A DNA stretch of 64,000 nt from a virus (lineage: Duplodnaviria; Caudoviricetes): positions 1-64,000 of the IMG/VR virus record IMGVR_UViG_2974624810_000001. One strand, given 5' to 3'. Below, in pieces: positions 35,801 to 47,000 of this stretch; positions within the stretch are counted from its first letter, which is position 1; every line of letters starts with the position of its first letter. Both the position numbers and the translations under genes were made by a program. The notes beneath the pieces are model-generated. The model saw only the letters and a list, made by a program, of their open reading frames with translations, ran no database searches and was not told the origin of the DNA.

Positions 35801-38800
35801 CTACGTGATGCTGCCACAGACATGCGCGATGCAACCAACCTGAAGTTTGACCAGTCTAAGTCTGAGTCCTTCGGTCGATTCTTCGCGAACCCAGGTACCA
35901 TTCAGCAAAAGGCCGGTGAGGCAATGAAGGCCAACGCTAAGGACCTTTGGGACATCTATGACAATACTCAGGAAGCAGAGAAGAGAAAGGTATTCGATAA
36001 GATTGCCGATTCTGTAAACTCTGAATCCGTACGCCTCTTTGAAACCTACAAGAAGAAGTACTCCAAGGAATTCAAGGAGATGGGTATTGAGACCTTCAAG
36101 GATTGGACTGACTATCTCAACAAGGACCAGAACATCGAATCTGGTGTCGCTGACATCGCCCTCGGTGAAAAGCTAGGTCTTACCGACACGGAAATTCACA
36201 AGGTCCAGCGAGCTGGTGACGCAGTAAAGGGATTCTCAAAGGAATTCGCTGACATGCAGGGCATTCCAAAGGGTAAGGCTGGCGTTAACTTCAACGACCT
36301 CACCAGTGAGCTTCCAGAGCTTCAGAAGGTAAAGCAGGAACTCATTTCTGTAAAGCAGGCAGAGGATGGATATTACTCCATGCTTCGTGAGCGTGCGCGT
36401 GCAGGAGTAGAGACTTCAGAAGAAGACAAGCTGGCTATTCTTAACATGCAGCGTAGAGCGGCTGGTCTGGAAGAGGTAATTCGTCTTGAAGATATGTTCA
36501 AGACCTCCATCGACAAGAGCACTGATTCACTCAGTGAAAATATGAATGAGTGGGCAGCCAGTGCTGACAACATTGACGACTTTATCGGTGCATACAAGGG
36601 CGTAATGTCAAATACTCGTGACGAAGCCATGGCACAGGCTGAAGAATTGCTTAACCAGCAGATGCAGGGCGAGATTGACGGAATCAACGCTCGCTCCGAA
36701 GCGCGCTCAAAGGCTCTGGACGCAGCACAGGAAAAGGCTGATGACCGATTCGATGCCCGACAGGAAGCAACAGAAAAGCGTTTCGAGGCAAAGCAGGAGG
36801 CTCTTGACAAGAAGTTCGAGGCAAAGCAGAAGGCATTCGAGAAGAAGTGGGATAACATCATGGAGAACCACGACAAGAAGTGGGAAAACCGTACTGATGC
36901 TATCAACAAGGCTTACGATGCCAAGGTCAAGAAGATTGATGATGCAATCAAGGCTGAACAGAATGCTGAGCAGAAGCGTCAGGAAATCTTTGAGAAGGAA
37001 AAGTCTCGAATTCAGAGAATGGCCTCTCTTGCAAATCAGCAGATTGACTTCAACATGGCCATCAATTCTGGTAACCTTGATGAGGCCGCAAAGATTGGTA
37101 ACAACATTCAGGCCGACCTTGATAACTGGGCAACCGAAGATGCTGCTGCCGCAAGCCAGACAGCTTCCGAAAAGAAGATTAGTGGTCTTGAAAACCAGAA
37201 GACAACTGTTGAGGCAGAAAGAGACCGTCGCCTAAAGGTGATTCAGCAGCTCGAAGAAGCTGAGAAGAAGCAGCTAGAGGCACGTAAGGAGCGTGAGCAG
37301 GAAGCTCTTAACGCTCAGCGTGATGCTGCCAACAAGGCTTTGCAGGTTTCTCGCGAAACGGCAATGAAGCGAATTCAGATTGAGCGAGAGGCTTACAACA
37401 AGAGCATTCAGATTCAGCGTGAGGCTTTGCAGAAGGAGACGCAGGACAAGATTAAGGCGACTCAGCGCAAGTACGAGGCTGCGAAGAAGGCTATTGAGCA
37501 GGAGCTTGCAACGTTGAAGGCATTTGTTCCACGCAACAAGAAGGAACTCGATGACCAAATCAAGAAGATTGAAGAGGCTTACAAGAAGTACGGTGTAAAC
37601 CTAAAGGGCAAGGGCAACGACTGGTCCAAGTACATCAAGGACAGCCTTAACAAGAACATCAAGGTTGCAGCCGAAGACCTGAAGAACAAGATTGCTTGGG
37701 ACAAGATTGCAAAGGATGTCGCAAGCGAAATCTCCGAGGGTGCATTCGGTCTGACAATTGGACAGTTCTCCGATTGGGTTTCAACTGGTAAGCTTCCTAA
37801 GTCTGGCCTGAACGAGAAGTCTGGAAAGAACAAGTCTCTGGACTCTCACCACGAGGGTGGTCTTATCGGTGGAAAGGCCGGTGGCTCTGGACGTACTGGA
37901 TACTCTGGTGGACGTGCTCACTCCGAAATGGATATTCGTGCCAAGAAGGGCGAATTCATGATGAAGAACAAGGCCGTAGACAAGTACGGTACTGACTTCA
38001 TGGAAAACATCAACTCTGGAAACTTCGAACCAGGAATTGGTGGTTTCGGAGATTCAATGGGCCTTGCCGGTCTTCTTGGTGCTGGTATGGCTGGAATGAT
38101 GCAGGCCATGATTCAGGAAGGAATTCAGCTTGGTGCAAATCAGGCAATGATGTTCGGAATCGATGGAACTGCAATTCCAGGCGCGGCCGGTATGTATGGT
38201 GGAGTCAACCTATCTGCTGAGCAGCTAAAGAATGCTGCAACCATTATTGGTGTCGGTAAGGGAATGGGTGCTAACAACACCGACCTCATCGTATCCATTA
38301 TGACTGCTATGCAGGAGTCCACTCTAAGGAACCTCAACTATGGTGACCGTGACTCTCTTGGTCTATTCCAGCAGCGTCCTTCTCAGGGTTGGGGTACTCC
38401 AGAGCAGATTCTGAATCCTTCATATGCAGCACGTAAGTTCTTCGAGCACTTGCTTGCAATGAAGGGAAGAGGAAAGCTAAGTCTTGCTGGTCAGGCTCAG
38501 GCAGTTCAGCGTTCTGCATATCCAAGTGCTTATGCAAAGTGGGAGCAGATGGCACGTGGTGTTGTTGCTGCAACCACATTCCAGGCTCTTACTGGAAATG
38601 GTGGATTCAGACGACCAATCAATGCATCTGTATCTCGACCATATGCACAGCACAGCAATCTTCCACGAGCTACCGACTTTGCCGCTCCAACTGGAACACC
38701 AGTCGTATCAGCAATGAACGGTTTCGTTCAGACTTCCGCAGACCTTCACGGTAACGGAAATGGCGGCTATCGCTCATACGGTCGATACGTTGTTGTTGGA

Positions 38801-39238
38801 AATGGAATGGACAGAACCCTCTATGCTCACCTTTCAAAGAGAAGCGTAGGCGTTGGTCAGAATGTTCGTGCAGGACAGCTTATTGGTTACTCTGGTAACA
38901 CAGGTAATTCAACTGGTCCTCACCTCCACTTCGAAACATGGCGCGGTGGTCAGACAGTCCCACCAGGTGTCTTTGGTATCCCTGGTCTTGCAGTAGGTGG
39001 AAAGATTAAGTATGACAACACCATTGCAAACCTTCACAAGAATGAGGCAGTTCTAACAGCTCCACTTACAGCAAAGCTTGAGAGTGGAATTGACAAGATT
39101 GACTCAGGAAGCGGTAACACGTACAATTTCACTATCAATGCTGAAGGTATCAATACTGAGATTGATTTTGAAAAGGTTGTTACCAGAGCACTCGACAAGA
39201 TTGAGAGCAAGAAGGGAAGGAGTAGGGTCGTCAGGTAA
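32834..39238 (+). CDS. tape measure protein with C-terminal transglycosylase-like and M23 peptidase domains
   Basis: More than 2100 aa, helical. QESTLRNL..GDRDSLGLFQQRPSQGWG and YAHLS...GNSTGPHLHFE. Start extended 90 nt upstream of the track ATG. Confidence 0.93.
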   Translation: MENINIRFTATADFRGAAREIEAINAQLAAMQANLARGMTPAALATNQAAFRNQVRSLGSMTTETMRVASASEMYTKALLKEDVTLRQALRNRQTFNQVLREQYQLSRAASMQWSTNNRGGSTMDLIVPRDAPARLGNLRQTMAAVRAQTISMNVALGEMAIKMGLVSQVAASAGANMIKWGKNTQWAGRQLMVGLTMPVLAAGAAMGKLAYDVEKEMTRINKVYDFSATRDENAAKHAQETASLRANSLRAARTAAEQYGASMTDTLKVEANLAATGERGSDLIAKTTEVMRLATLGEFDYQKALDATITLQSVYKMSADELSESFNYMNSVENATSLSIEDFALAIPKVAGPMNQLGGSLQDVGTLLTAMRSRGIQAVEGANAIKSSFTRVLNATGPAKKMFEVYTHQTLEDLIQKTKGEVIPTFMELYKATANLEPLQRQRIFSKLFGTQQNTRLQAITDEMANLNDETTQVGKAYAIAKQEGSEWAASADREMDALQKSASGRLKIAIESLKVELAEAGKPFLDIAGYIVRGVSAIVKAFNDLPGPVKSFASIVIIAGAIAGPVIMLIGLFANLAGQAVKMGAGLLGLVFRFRALLPEQVASRLASMQQTAAMQTQQGQTQALIATVNELTAALGRATAAQQGLTQAQRTGQATSGIRPGVVSGAPLPPQTAPTPTITGPITMTGAGYRDAAGRALTQQEVRNWQAAQAASASINNNSAATRRNWQQMGSSFQNLALGAAIVGTMATESGSMANNIAQMMIPLALFGPMLIGPVVRFAGAIRTIAMPALTALGTAASSVFGSIATRGRTAMGAVRTSIGGAVAAMGGLSAVMGTVLAVALAIGAAWYIINKNVAASRKEQENIEKSSEAWAKTLGFTYTEQQKIVAQGTENVSSLNDKMNEFKKNNKDAYADIQKFYDADEAEKWGRAIEEGVKVRLHGGTVNAAQEAVRTSLAIMGQRYSNAEFKYKLKAQIDFDDVSQVIEKRLRDAATDMRDATNLKFDQSKSESFGRFFANPGTIQQKAGEAMKANAKDLWDIYDNTQEAEKRKVFDKIADSVNSESVRLFETYKKKYSKEFKEMGIETFKDWTDYLNKDQNIESGVADIALGEKLGLTDTEIHKVQRAGDAVKGFSKEFADMQGIPKGKAGVNFNDLTSELPELQKVKQELISVKQAEDGYYSMLRERARAGVETSEEDKLAILNMQRRAAGLEEVIRLEDMFKTSIDKSTDSLSENMNEWAASADNIDDFIGAYKGVMSNTRDEAMAQAEELLNQQMQGEIDGINARSEARSKALDAAQEKADDRFDARQEATEKRFEAKQEALDKKFEAKQKAFEKKWDNIMENHDKKWENRTDAINKAYDAKVKKIDDAIKAEQNAEQKRQEIFEKEKSRIQRMASLANQQIDFNMAINSGNLDEAAKIGNNIQADLDNWATEDAAAASQTASEKKISGLENQKTTVEAERDRRLKVIQQLEEAEKKQLEARKEREQEALNAQRDAANKALQVSRETAMKRIQIEREAYNKSIQIQREALQKETQDKIKATQRKYEAAKKAIEQELATLKAFVPRNKKELDDQIKKIEEAYKKYGVNLKGKGNDWSKYIKDSLNKNIKVAAEDLKNKIAWDKIAKDVASEISEGAFGLTIGQFSDWVSTGKLPKSGLNEKSGKNKSLDSHHEGGLIGGKAGGSGRTGYSGGRAHSEMDIRAKKGEFMMKNKAVDKYGTDFMENINSGNFEPGIGGFGDSMGLAGLLGAGMAGMMQAMIQEGIQLGANQAMMFGIDGTAIPGAAGMYGGVNLSAEQLKNAATIIGVGKGMGANNTDLIVSIMTAMQESTLRNLNYGDRDSLGLFQQRPSQGWGTPEQILNPSYAARKFFEHLLAMKGRGKLSLAGQAQAVQRSAYPSAYAKWEQMARGVVAATTFQALTGNGGFRRPINASVSRPYAQHSNLPRATDFAAPTGTPVVSAMNGFVQTSADLHGNGNGGYRSYGRYVVVGNGMDRTLYAHLSKRSVGVGQNVRAGQLIGYSGNTGNSTGPHLHFETWRGGQTVPPGVFGIPGLAVGGKIKYDNTIANLHKNEAVLTAPLTAKLESGIDKIDSGSGNTYNFTINAEGINTEIDFEKVVTRALDKIESKKGRSRVVR

Positions 39239-39639
39239 TGCCTATGACATTTGTAAAGCCTCGTCTAATGCGATGGAACGGAAACGCCATCACTGACCAC
39301 AATCGTGGTGAGCTGTCTATGGACGTAGAGCGAATTGAAAAGAAGCAGCGCATGGTAAACGGTACGATGCGAAAGTACATTGTCGCAGACAAGCGTACCT
39401 TCAGTGTGCAGTGGCAGAATCTACCGCATTCCTCCTCCTATACGGTAGACGGTTTCTGGGGTGCGCGTCAAATGGAAGATTTCTATGACGCCACCCCAGG
39501 AGCCTTCACATTGGAGCTAACGTATGGAGATGGAACTGTGGAAACATTCCAGGTCATGTTTTCAGACTTCAACATGAACCTGAGCAAGCGAGGTCATTTT
39601 GACTTCCATGAAGTCTCAATATCAATGGAACAAGTATAA
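39238..39639 (+). CDS. minor tail protein (distal tail-like)
   Basis: Follows TMP. Confidence 0.7.
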   Translation: MPMTFVKPRLMRWNGNAITDHNRGELSMDVERIEKKQRMVNGTMRKYIVADKRTFSVQWQNLPHSSSYTVDGFWGARQMEDFYDATPGAFTLELTYGDGTVETFQVMFSDFNMNLSKRGHFDFHEVSISMEQV

Positions 39640-42600
39640 TGCAGACAACGACTTTTGAGGTTAACAAGCTACTTAAGGAGGGGTACGCCGTCAAGGCCGT
39701 ACCTCAGCTTATTGCTGAGTGGAATCAGAATCGTTATGCCGGAATTCAAACTGTTGATAGCACTCCAGCAGAATATGACGAAGGTGACCCAGAGTACTAC
39801 CCAATCGAATCCATTGCCGACCCACTTCGTCCTTCAAAGAAGGGCATTGTCAAGGCACGTGCAAGCGTAGAAGGTATTGTCTCCGAGTACACAGACAGGC
39901 CCGGTGGAATTAGGTATTACATCTCTGGTCTAGATGACCCATATAAGTATTGGACATCTCCAGTAGCCAGCTCCCTGATTGGTGGAGTAAACGGATTCTC
40001 AAAGACTGTTCGTCCTTACATTGTCTATCAGACAGCTTGCTGGACCAACAAGCTGTATTTCCTATTTGAAACGTCTGCTGCTTGGCCAGTCGATTACGAT
40101 ATTGACATCACAACCGATGGCACCACATGGACGACTGTTTCAGGGGACATCATTCCTAATTCTGATGGTCGTGTAACTGTTTACCGTCAGGCCAATGGAA
40201 CGTGGGGAACCACTGTATATCGAAACAATCCAATGCTCATCAAGGGCATTCGTCTCAAGATTAACACCATCTCCTCTTTGGGCAAGTACCTGGAGCTAAT
40301 TGAGATGTCTGCACGTCTTGAGCAGGATTTGACTGACACTTTGATTTCAAGTGACTCCCAATTCGATATGGGAACTCCTTCCTTTATCACGCCTCTGGGA
40401 GCAGCGTCCTCAAATACTGCCAGCATTCAGCTATCCAATATCGATGGACGATACAACAACACGAATGATTCCTCTCTTTTCTATGGAATCATCGACAAGA
40501 ATGTGAAGTTCACCTATCAGATTGGATATGACACGACGCCGGTAGGCGGAAGTGGCATGGTCTATGTTACTGAATACACTATGTATGCAGACAACTGGTC
40601 TGGACAGGGTGAAGAGATTGCAACGGTATCCATGAAGGATGCCTCAAAGTTCTTGCAGGAAATCAAGCCTCCGAAGATGTTCTTTGAGAACATGACTATT
40701 GGTCGAATCGTTTGGCAGCTCTGTGACATCATGGGATTCAGTGACTACAAGTACGAGAAGATTGACGACGACAAGGCGACAGTCATTCCGTACTTCTGGA
40801 CTGACGGTGAGAAGACTCTTTGGGAAATCTTCAGCAGTCTTGCTGTGACGACTCAGAGTGCAATCTACTTTGACGAATTCGGAATTTTGCAGATTCTCAC
40901 CAGAGACAAGGCATACAATCTGGGCAATCCGATTGCCTGGCAGCTTGATGGTGTGGTCAATGGAACGAAGCTTCCAGACATTGTAGACCTTTCAACCAAG
41001 TACGATTACGAAGCAAACAATGTAACTGTCAGATATGCAAAGACTTCAATGTCAGAAACAAAGCAGGGCAGTCGTACTCCAGTAATGGATATCGTTTGGC
41101 AGCCAGAAGGCGATGTTGTTCTGCGTTCAAGTCAGCTTCGAGAATCAATGACTGATAGCCAGATGTTCATCAGAATGACCGGCAGCGAAGCAGCGGTTTG
41201 GCCTTACTCAGGAATCATTGAGTGTGAGGGTGAACTGATGCGTTACGATGCAAAGGGATACTGGTACTACAACAAGTCAAAGGTATTGACCTTCAAGGCA
41301 ATTAAGTCTTCCGATGAGAAGAAGCAGATTGACGAGGAGCTTTCAGACCCAGAACTGAGATTCAAGAATTACTTCTCAGGATGGTTCCGTATCACTGAAC
41401 GAGGTCTTTGGAATACATATCCTGCTGTCCACAAGGACGATGCATCTGGATATGGAGTAAAGGTTGCCAGTTATAACGGAGGCTACAAGACCTGGAGGGG
41501 TGGCTTTGTCCACAACAAGGACCAGTCAACCATCAGCCTGAAGGCCACCAAGAACACCAACATCAATACATGTTATGTCGCCTCACGAGGTAGCACTCCA
41601 GATAAAAGCATTTGGTACGTGGGCACTCGTCTGCGTTTCAGGGACTCTGGATACAACAACGGTATGGCAGGCATTGCTTTCAATCTGGGAGACAAGGACA
41701 AGGGCTACTACCTTGAGATTTGTCGAACTGACAGGCTTCCTGGTGGTCGAAAGTACCAGAATGAAATCAACTTCTATGTTCGTAGAAGCAATGGAAAGCT
41801 GGAGAGATTTGGTCCGGACAAGGGTAAGGGTGTAGCCATGGCTATCTCCAAGAATACCTGGTACGACATCGATATTGCTATCCGAATGGAGAATGGTGTT
41901 TATGGAGACCCAGGCGCTCTTGTCGGTCACGTAATCCAGGTCAGCATCAATGGACAGAACAAGATGACCTTTACAATTCCTGTCTCAAAGAAGGAGCCAT
42001 TGACTGGTCGATTCGGCTGTTTCACTCGTGGATTCACCCATGCAGACTTCGAATACCTCTACGGAAATGGTACTACAGAAGACCTGCACATTGACAAGAC
42101 GGGTTTCTTCGACAGAATTCGAGGCGGAATTGTAAGTAGTCAGGCATACACAGAATGGCTATACAAGTGGCACTTCACCAGTCACATTGTGAAGAAGAGA
42201 AAGAAGTATCTATGGGCACGATATGCTCAGAGATTCTTTGACGACTTCGGACCAATCTGTCACGAGGTAAGAGAATTTGATGTGAAGTTTGACAAGTATC
42301 CAGCGGTCCATTCAAATATCTACTTCTCAAACACCACTCAGATTGTCTGTCCAGAATACTCGGCCGACCCATTTGGAGCTAAGTTCATTCTGACCAATGC
42401 CTATCGCAGCAATGCAATTGTCAACGGTGAGGACACGCTCACATATGGAGCTGACAATCCAGTCGAACAGAAGCTCATGATTTATGGTCGAACGGTCACA
42501 AAGGAAGATGAGAAGACAATCATCTCCAAGAACGACAATGCAATTCGTCGTCGTGGTCAGGTGGACACAGAAATTCAGCCGGAATGGATTCAGTCCGAAA

Positions 42601-42836
42601 GCGGAGCACAGGCTCTAGCAGACTGGATTACTCATCACTGGGCTGAAGGATGCGATGAGGTGGATGCTGAAATCTTTGGAAACCCATTGATTCAGCTTGG
42701 AGACATCGTATCAGTCAACTATCCACAGAAGGATTACGACCCGGTAACACATAGGTATTTCGTAGTAAGTGTAGGTCGTGGATATGACCAAGGATACGCC
42801 AACACGAAGCTTACTCTGCGTCGAGTCAAGGCATAA
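39639..42836 (+). CDS. minor tail / baseplate hub protein
   Basis: Size and position, C-terminal GNPLIQLGD. Confidence 0.8.
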   Translation: MQTTTFEVNKLLKEGYAVKAVPQLIAEWNQNRYAGIQTVDSTPAEYDEGDPEYYPIESIADPLRPSKKGIVKARASVEGIVSEYTDRPGGIRYYISGLDDPYKYWTSPVASSLIGGVNGFSKTVRPYIVYQTACWTNKLYFLFETSAAWPVDYDIDITTDGTTWTTVSGDIIPNSDGRVTVYRQANGTWGTTVYRNNPMLIKGIRLKINTISSLGKYLELIEMSARLEQDLTDTLISSDSQFDMGTPSFITPLGAASSNTASIQLSNIDGRYNNTNDSSLFYGIIDKNVKFTYQIGYDTTPVGGSGMVYVTEYTMYADNWSGQGEEIATVSMKDASKFLQEIKPPKMFFENMTIGRIVWQLCDIMGFSDYKYEKIDDDKATVIPYFWTDGEKTLWEIFSSLAVTTQSAIYFDEFGILQILTRDKAYNLGNPIAWQLDGVVNGTKLPDIVDLSTKYDYEANNVTVRYAKTSMSETKQGSRTPVMDIVWQPEGDVVLRSSQLRESMTDSQMFIRMTGSEAAVWPYSGIIECEGELMRYDAKGYWYYNKSKVLTFKAIKSSDEKKQIDEELSDPELRFKNYFSGWFRITERGLWNTYPAVHKDDASGYGVKVASYNGGYKTWRGGFVHNKDQSTISLKATKNTNINTCYVASRGSTPDKSIWYVGTRLRFRDSGYNNGMAGIAFNLGDKDKGYYLEICRTDRLPGGRKYQNEINFYVRRSNGKLERFGPDKGKGVAMAISKNTWYDIDIAIRMENGVYGDPGALVGHVIQVSINGQNKMTFTIPVSKKEPLTGRFGCFTRGFTHADFEYLYGNGTTEDLHIDKTGFFDRIRGGIVSSQAYTEWLYKWHFTSHIVKKRKKYLWARYAQRFFDDFGPICHEVREFDVKFDKYPAVHSNIYFSNTTQIVCPEYSADPFGAKFILTNAYRSNAIVNGEDTLTYGADNPVEQKLMIYGRTVTKEDEKTIISKNDNAIRRRGQVDTEIQPEWIQSESGAQALADWITHHWAEGCDEVDAEIFGNPLIQLGDIVSVNYPQKDYDPVTHRYFVVSVGRGYDQGYANTKLTLRRVKA

Positions 42837-42872
42837 TTTTGCTTTGAGTAATGGCTCAGATATAATTACCTC

Positions 42873-43238
42873 ATGAGCATTAACAGCAATCAAATCATCA
42901 AGAAGCCTGATGTCGTCATCGACCCCAATTTCTTTCTTCCACCTGGGGTCGTTGATGCTCGTTACCCAAACGAGATTGAAGTCACCACTGAAGAAGTTAC
43001 GGATGTCGTAGACACAGACGACATTCTTGACGTTGAAGATGATGACGTAATTCTGGATGAACCAGAAGAGACCGGTGAAGATAATGACCCGGTAACTCTA
43101 TATCCTCCTGACACAGCAATTGTCGTCAGTCAGACGATTCGATTTGATGGCACAGGAAAGCAGGTAGTTGATGTGGTTCTGGAAGTGCCAGATGTAGACG
43201 AATCAATTCAGGTAGACGTTAGGATGACAAAGGCATGA
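42873..43238 (+). CDS. hypothetical acidic virion protein
   Basis: Leaderless ORF in tail module. Confidence 0.65.
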   Translation: MSINSNQIIKKPDVVIDPNFFLPPGVVDARYPNEIEVTTEEVTDVVDTDDILDVEDDDVILDEPEETGEDNDPVTLYPPDTAIVVSQTIRFDGTGKQVVDVVLEVPDVDESIQVDVRMTKA

Positions 43239-44032
43239 TAACTACTCAGGGAAAGTCAGTAATCTTCAGATACCTAGCAGGTAACCTCCCTCGCATTGCG
43301 GAGTCAATTGCTCTCGGAATCGGTTCAACCGCCGAGAACGTAAATGACACCACATTGGTTTTCGAGGCAGACAGGGTGCCTGTTTCTTTGGTTTCTGCTG
43401 ATATTCTGAACGACAAGATTATCTTCAAGGGAACAATTCCACAAGAATACGTCGGCACCATCTATGAGGTTGGCCTGTGGTATGGAACTCCTCCACAGAC
43501 TTCTGGTGGCAGCACAATCATTGTCTCTTTCGATTCCGAAACAGAAGACTGGATTCCTGCCACGTGGAATACAGCGATTGCAAGAATTGGTACTGACGCC
43601 CTGCAAGTTGCTGGTGGAAGCAGCTCAACTCTGTCAGACATCGCCCTTGACCTGTCTGTCTATTCTGACGCAGACTTTATGTCATTGGCCTACAATGCTG
43701 ATGCAGCAATCAACAACATCGTCATCAGATTCAGCACAGACGCAACGAATTACTACGAATACAGCTTTGCCGCTGCTACAGGCTACGAAGTAAAGACAAT
43801 GGGTAAGACGGCATTCACAGCCACTGGAGCACCAGACTGGAGCAACGTCACTTCAATCACTGTTTCAGCGACCGGCACAGGTAATGTAGTTTTTGATGGC
43901 ATTAGAGCAGAAGACGCCGATACCATCAGCACCGACTATGCTCTTGTAGCAAGGTCAGTCCTCTCAACTCCAAAGGCAAAGACTGCGGATACTGAGATGG
44001 ACATTGAGTACGCATTGGAAATCACTATATGA
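43235..44032 (+). CDS. minor tail protein
   Basis: MITTQGK...IALGIG...EVGL pattern. Confidence 0.7.
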   Translation: MITTQGKSVIFRYLAGNLPRIAESIALGIGSTAENVNDTTLVFEADRVPVSLVSADILNDKIIFKGTIPQEYVGTIYEVGLWYGTPPQTSGGSTIIVSFDSETEDWIPATWNTAIARIGTDALQVAGGSSSTLSDIALDLSVYSDADFMSLAYNADAAINNIVIRFSTDATNYYEYSFAAATGYEVKTMGKTAFTATGAPDWSNVTSITVSATGTGNVVFDGIRAEDADTISTDYALVARSVLSTPKAKTADTEMDIEYALEITI

Positions 44033-47000
44033 GAATTCTTCTAAGAGACCTGACACCAGGTACCGACTATAACATTCAGCTACGTGCGAATGATGGAACA
44101 AACGTCTCCGACTGGAGCCGCATCTTTCCGCTCACAACAATTCAGGACACGCTAGCTCCAGCAGCCCCAACGGGGCTTACTTGGGTTGTCAATAGAACTG
44201 CTTTCTCTGCAAAGTGGGATGCAGTTACCCAGAATGCAGATGCCAGCCCACTCGAAGACTTCTCCCACTACCTTGTCAAGATTCAAATTCCTGGTGGTTC
44301 ATACGTAACCATCAAAACTACAAATACATTCTACGACCTGGCATTCGAGACGAACAAGGCTCTGTTCGGAACCCCACAAGCAAGCCTTGAATGCACCGTT
44401 TATGCAGTTGACCTGACTGGAAATGTATCTGTTCCTTCAACGACCCTTACTGCTACAAACCCACCACCACCTGACCCAACTGGAGTAGTTGCGGCCGGTA
44501 TTGTGGGTGGCGTTAGCATGCGTTGGGATGTACAGGTAATCGATGACCTTGCAGCTTATGACGTATACATGAGCACATCAGGTTCAGGATTCACCCCAAC
44601 GACCGCAAACAGAATTTATAGCGGTACTGGAAATACAGTCGTATATGACAGTAGCTCTCTAGGCGTCGTGCATTACTTCAAGATTCGCTCTCGTGACGTA
44701 TTCGATAGCATTTCAAATTACGTCACTGTTTCAGCGACCCCAATTTCACCAACTGACGTTGACACAACTCCACCAGGTGTTCCTACAGGTCTCACAGCAT
44801 CAATGGATGTCGACACAAATGATTCTGCATTTGCAGTGGCTACTGTGTCCTGGACTGCTCCATCTGATACTGACCTTGCTGGATATGTCGTTCGTTACAA
44901 GCAGAATGCTGATGCAGGATATGACTATGTCAATGTGCCTGTTGGAACGACCTCAATCATCATTGGTGGTCTGACTGTAGGTGTTCAGTACAACTTTGGT
45001 GTGCAGTCTTATGACCGAAGCACCAATAGAAGCGCCTACACCACAAACGTAAACGCGACGGCAGCCAATACGGCTCCGTCTACTCCTGCTGCCCCAACTG
45101 CATCTGTCAATACATTGCAGATTCAGGTAAACCACGCATTGCAGAAGGCAACCTCTGGTCGCCTGGAAGCAGATGTTAGCTACCTTGAAGTACACCTGGG
45201 AACGACCTCTACGTTCACTGCAAGCGACTCCACAATGATTGGACAATTGCAGGTGGAGCCTGGTAGCACATTCGTTTCTGAAATTTTCCCAGTAGCCGTC
45301 ACAGACTCTACTCAGGCCCGTTGGGTTCGAGTCATTGCTGTTGACCGTGGAGGACTCAAGTCTTCTGCATCAGCCGTAGCTGCTGTGACTGTCGGTCTCA
45401 TTTCTGACACGAACATCGCCAATGCCACTATTACCTCAGCCAAGATTAACAATCTCGATGCAAACAAGATTACGGCCGGTACTGGTATTATCAATGCTTT
45501 GCTCATCAAGAACTCATTGACTGTCGACACTGGCGGTACCATCAAGAGCACTAATTACGCAGCAGGCTCAGCAGGATATCAGCTATCCAACAACACCCTT
45601 GAAATCAATGGTGGTACGATTCGTGCGGCTGCTCTGCTATTGCAGGACGCTCCAAATATTCTTCTTCCTCAGTACGCTGACTTTGAATTCCAGTCAACTT
45701 GGTACACAGGAAAGACAACCACCTTCAATGACGGTGGTACAACAACATGGGCAATTGCAACCGCTCCTGAAGTAACTCCTAAGTTCGGTACTCAGTGCCT
45801 CAAGCACACTTGGACTGGTGGAGGAACATTCTCACGAGTTTATCAGTCATCAACCTTCACGGATTACAACACAGTATGTGAACCAAATACGGATTACATT
45901 GCCTCTGTTTGGGTGCTGAATCTTACGGGCTCTGGAGACAAGGGTGTCGGCTTCGCTGTAAAGCTTGCTGACGGTACATTCTTGCAGCCTGGTGGAACTC
46001 CAACGGTTACTGCAAACAGTACGTGGACTCGTATTTCCGGAACGTTCAATACCGGAAACAACACCAGCTTCCTCACCTACATGAGCCTCTACAATACAGG
46101 AAGCGTATACTTCGATGGGTTGCAGGTTGAGCGAAAGCTAACAAGCTCAACGACTCCTTCTCCATGGAGAGCACCAAGCACCACCTCTATTGATGGTGGA
46201 ATTATCCGTACTGGTGAAATTCGCTCTACCGCTCTGGCAAATGGTCTATCTGGTCAGCCAGCATGGTCAATTAACTTGACTGGTGGAGCGCAATTTGGTG
46301 ACGCTACAGTTCGAGGACGTATTGTCGTTGGTGACCCGAGCAACCCATCTGCTGATGGTGTAAACAGCCGAATTCATTCATCCAACTATGTGGCCGGTAC
46401 CACAGGATGGATTATTCGTAATGACGGTTATGCCGAGTTCCGTAATCTTGCTGTCAACTCAATCAAGGTAACCGCTCTTGACGCGCCTATGCAGAATAAC
46501 ACATACGCAAAGCTGTTCGACTATATGCAGGATGGCTCCCTATGGCTTACAAGCGGCTCTGTTTTGCAGAAGACCGACCCAGGTGCTTATTCTGCTGAAT
46601 CTCTGTTCGAGTTCACAGGTTCTGGCCTGGTTTTGAGAAACGCGACCGGTGTTACGAAGGTTGCTTACGACCCAACCATTCTGTACCGTATCTCAGCACG
46701 TATCCGTGCGTATGCTGTAGCTACCCTGAACGCTAACCCAGGCTTTGAAACAAACACGACTGGATGGTTCGCCTATGGTACAAACAGCATTACCAGAGAC
46801 ACCACCAAGCAGTTCACTGGAACTGCTTCTGTTCGATGGGACCAGGTTGGTGCCTCAAATGGTGTCTATGGAATGGGTACCGTTGTCAACGTAAAGCCAG
46901 GATACACCTACACATTCTCAGCTCGAATGCTTCCAAACAGCACCGTCATCCGAGACAATCTCAAGATGAACATTGTCTGGAAGGATGCTGCCAATGCAAC

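Larger units (their letters stand above)
20511..42872 (+). promoter_or_regulatory. Late-region promoter class TTGC(T/A)(T/A)-N17-TAnnnT, often leaderless
   Basis: -35/-10 at 20511/20534, 23491/23514, 25854/25877, 28700/28723, 31377/31400 and about 42838/42861. Confidence 0.7.
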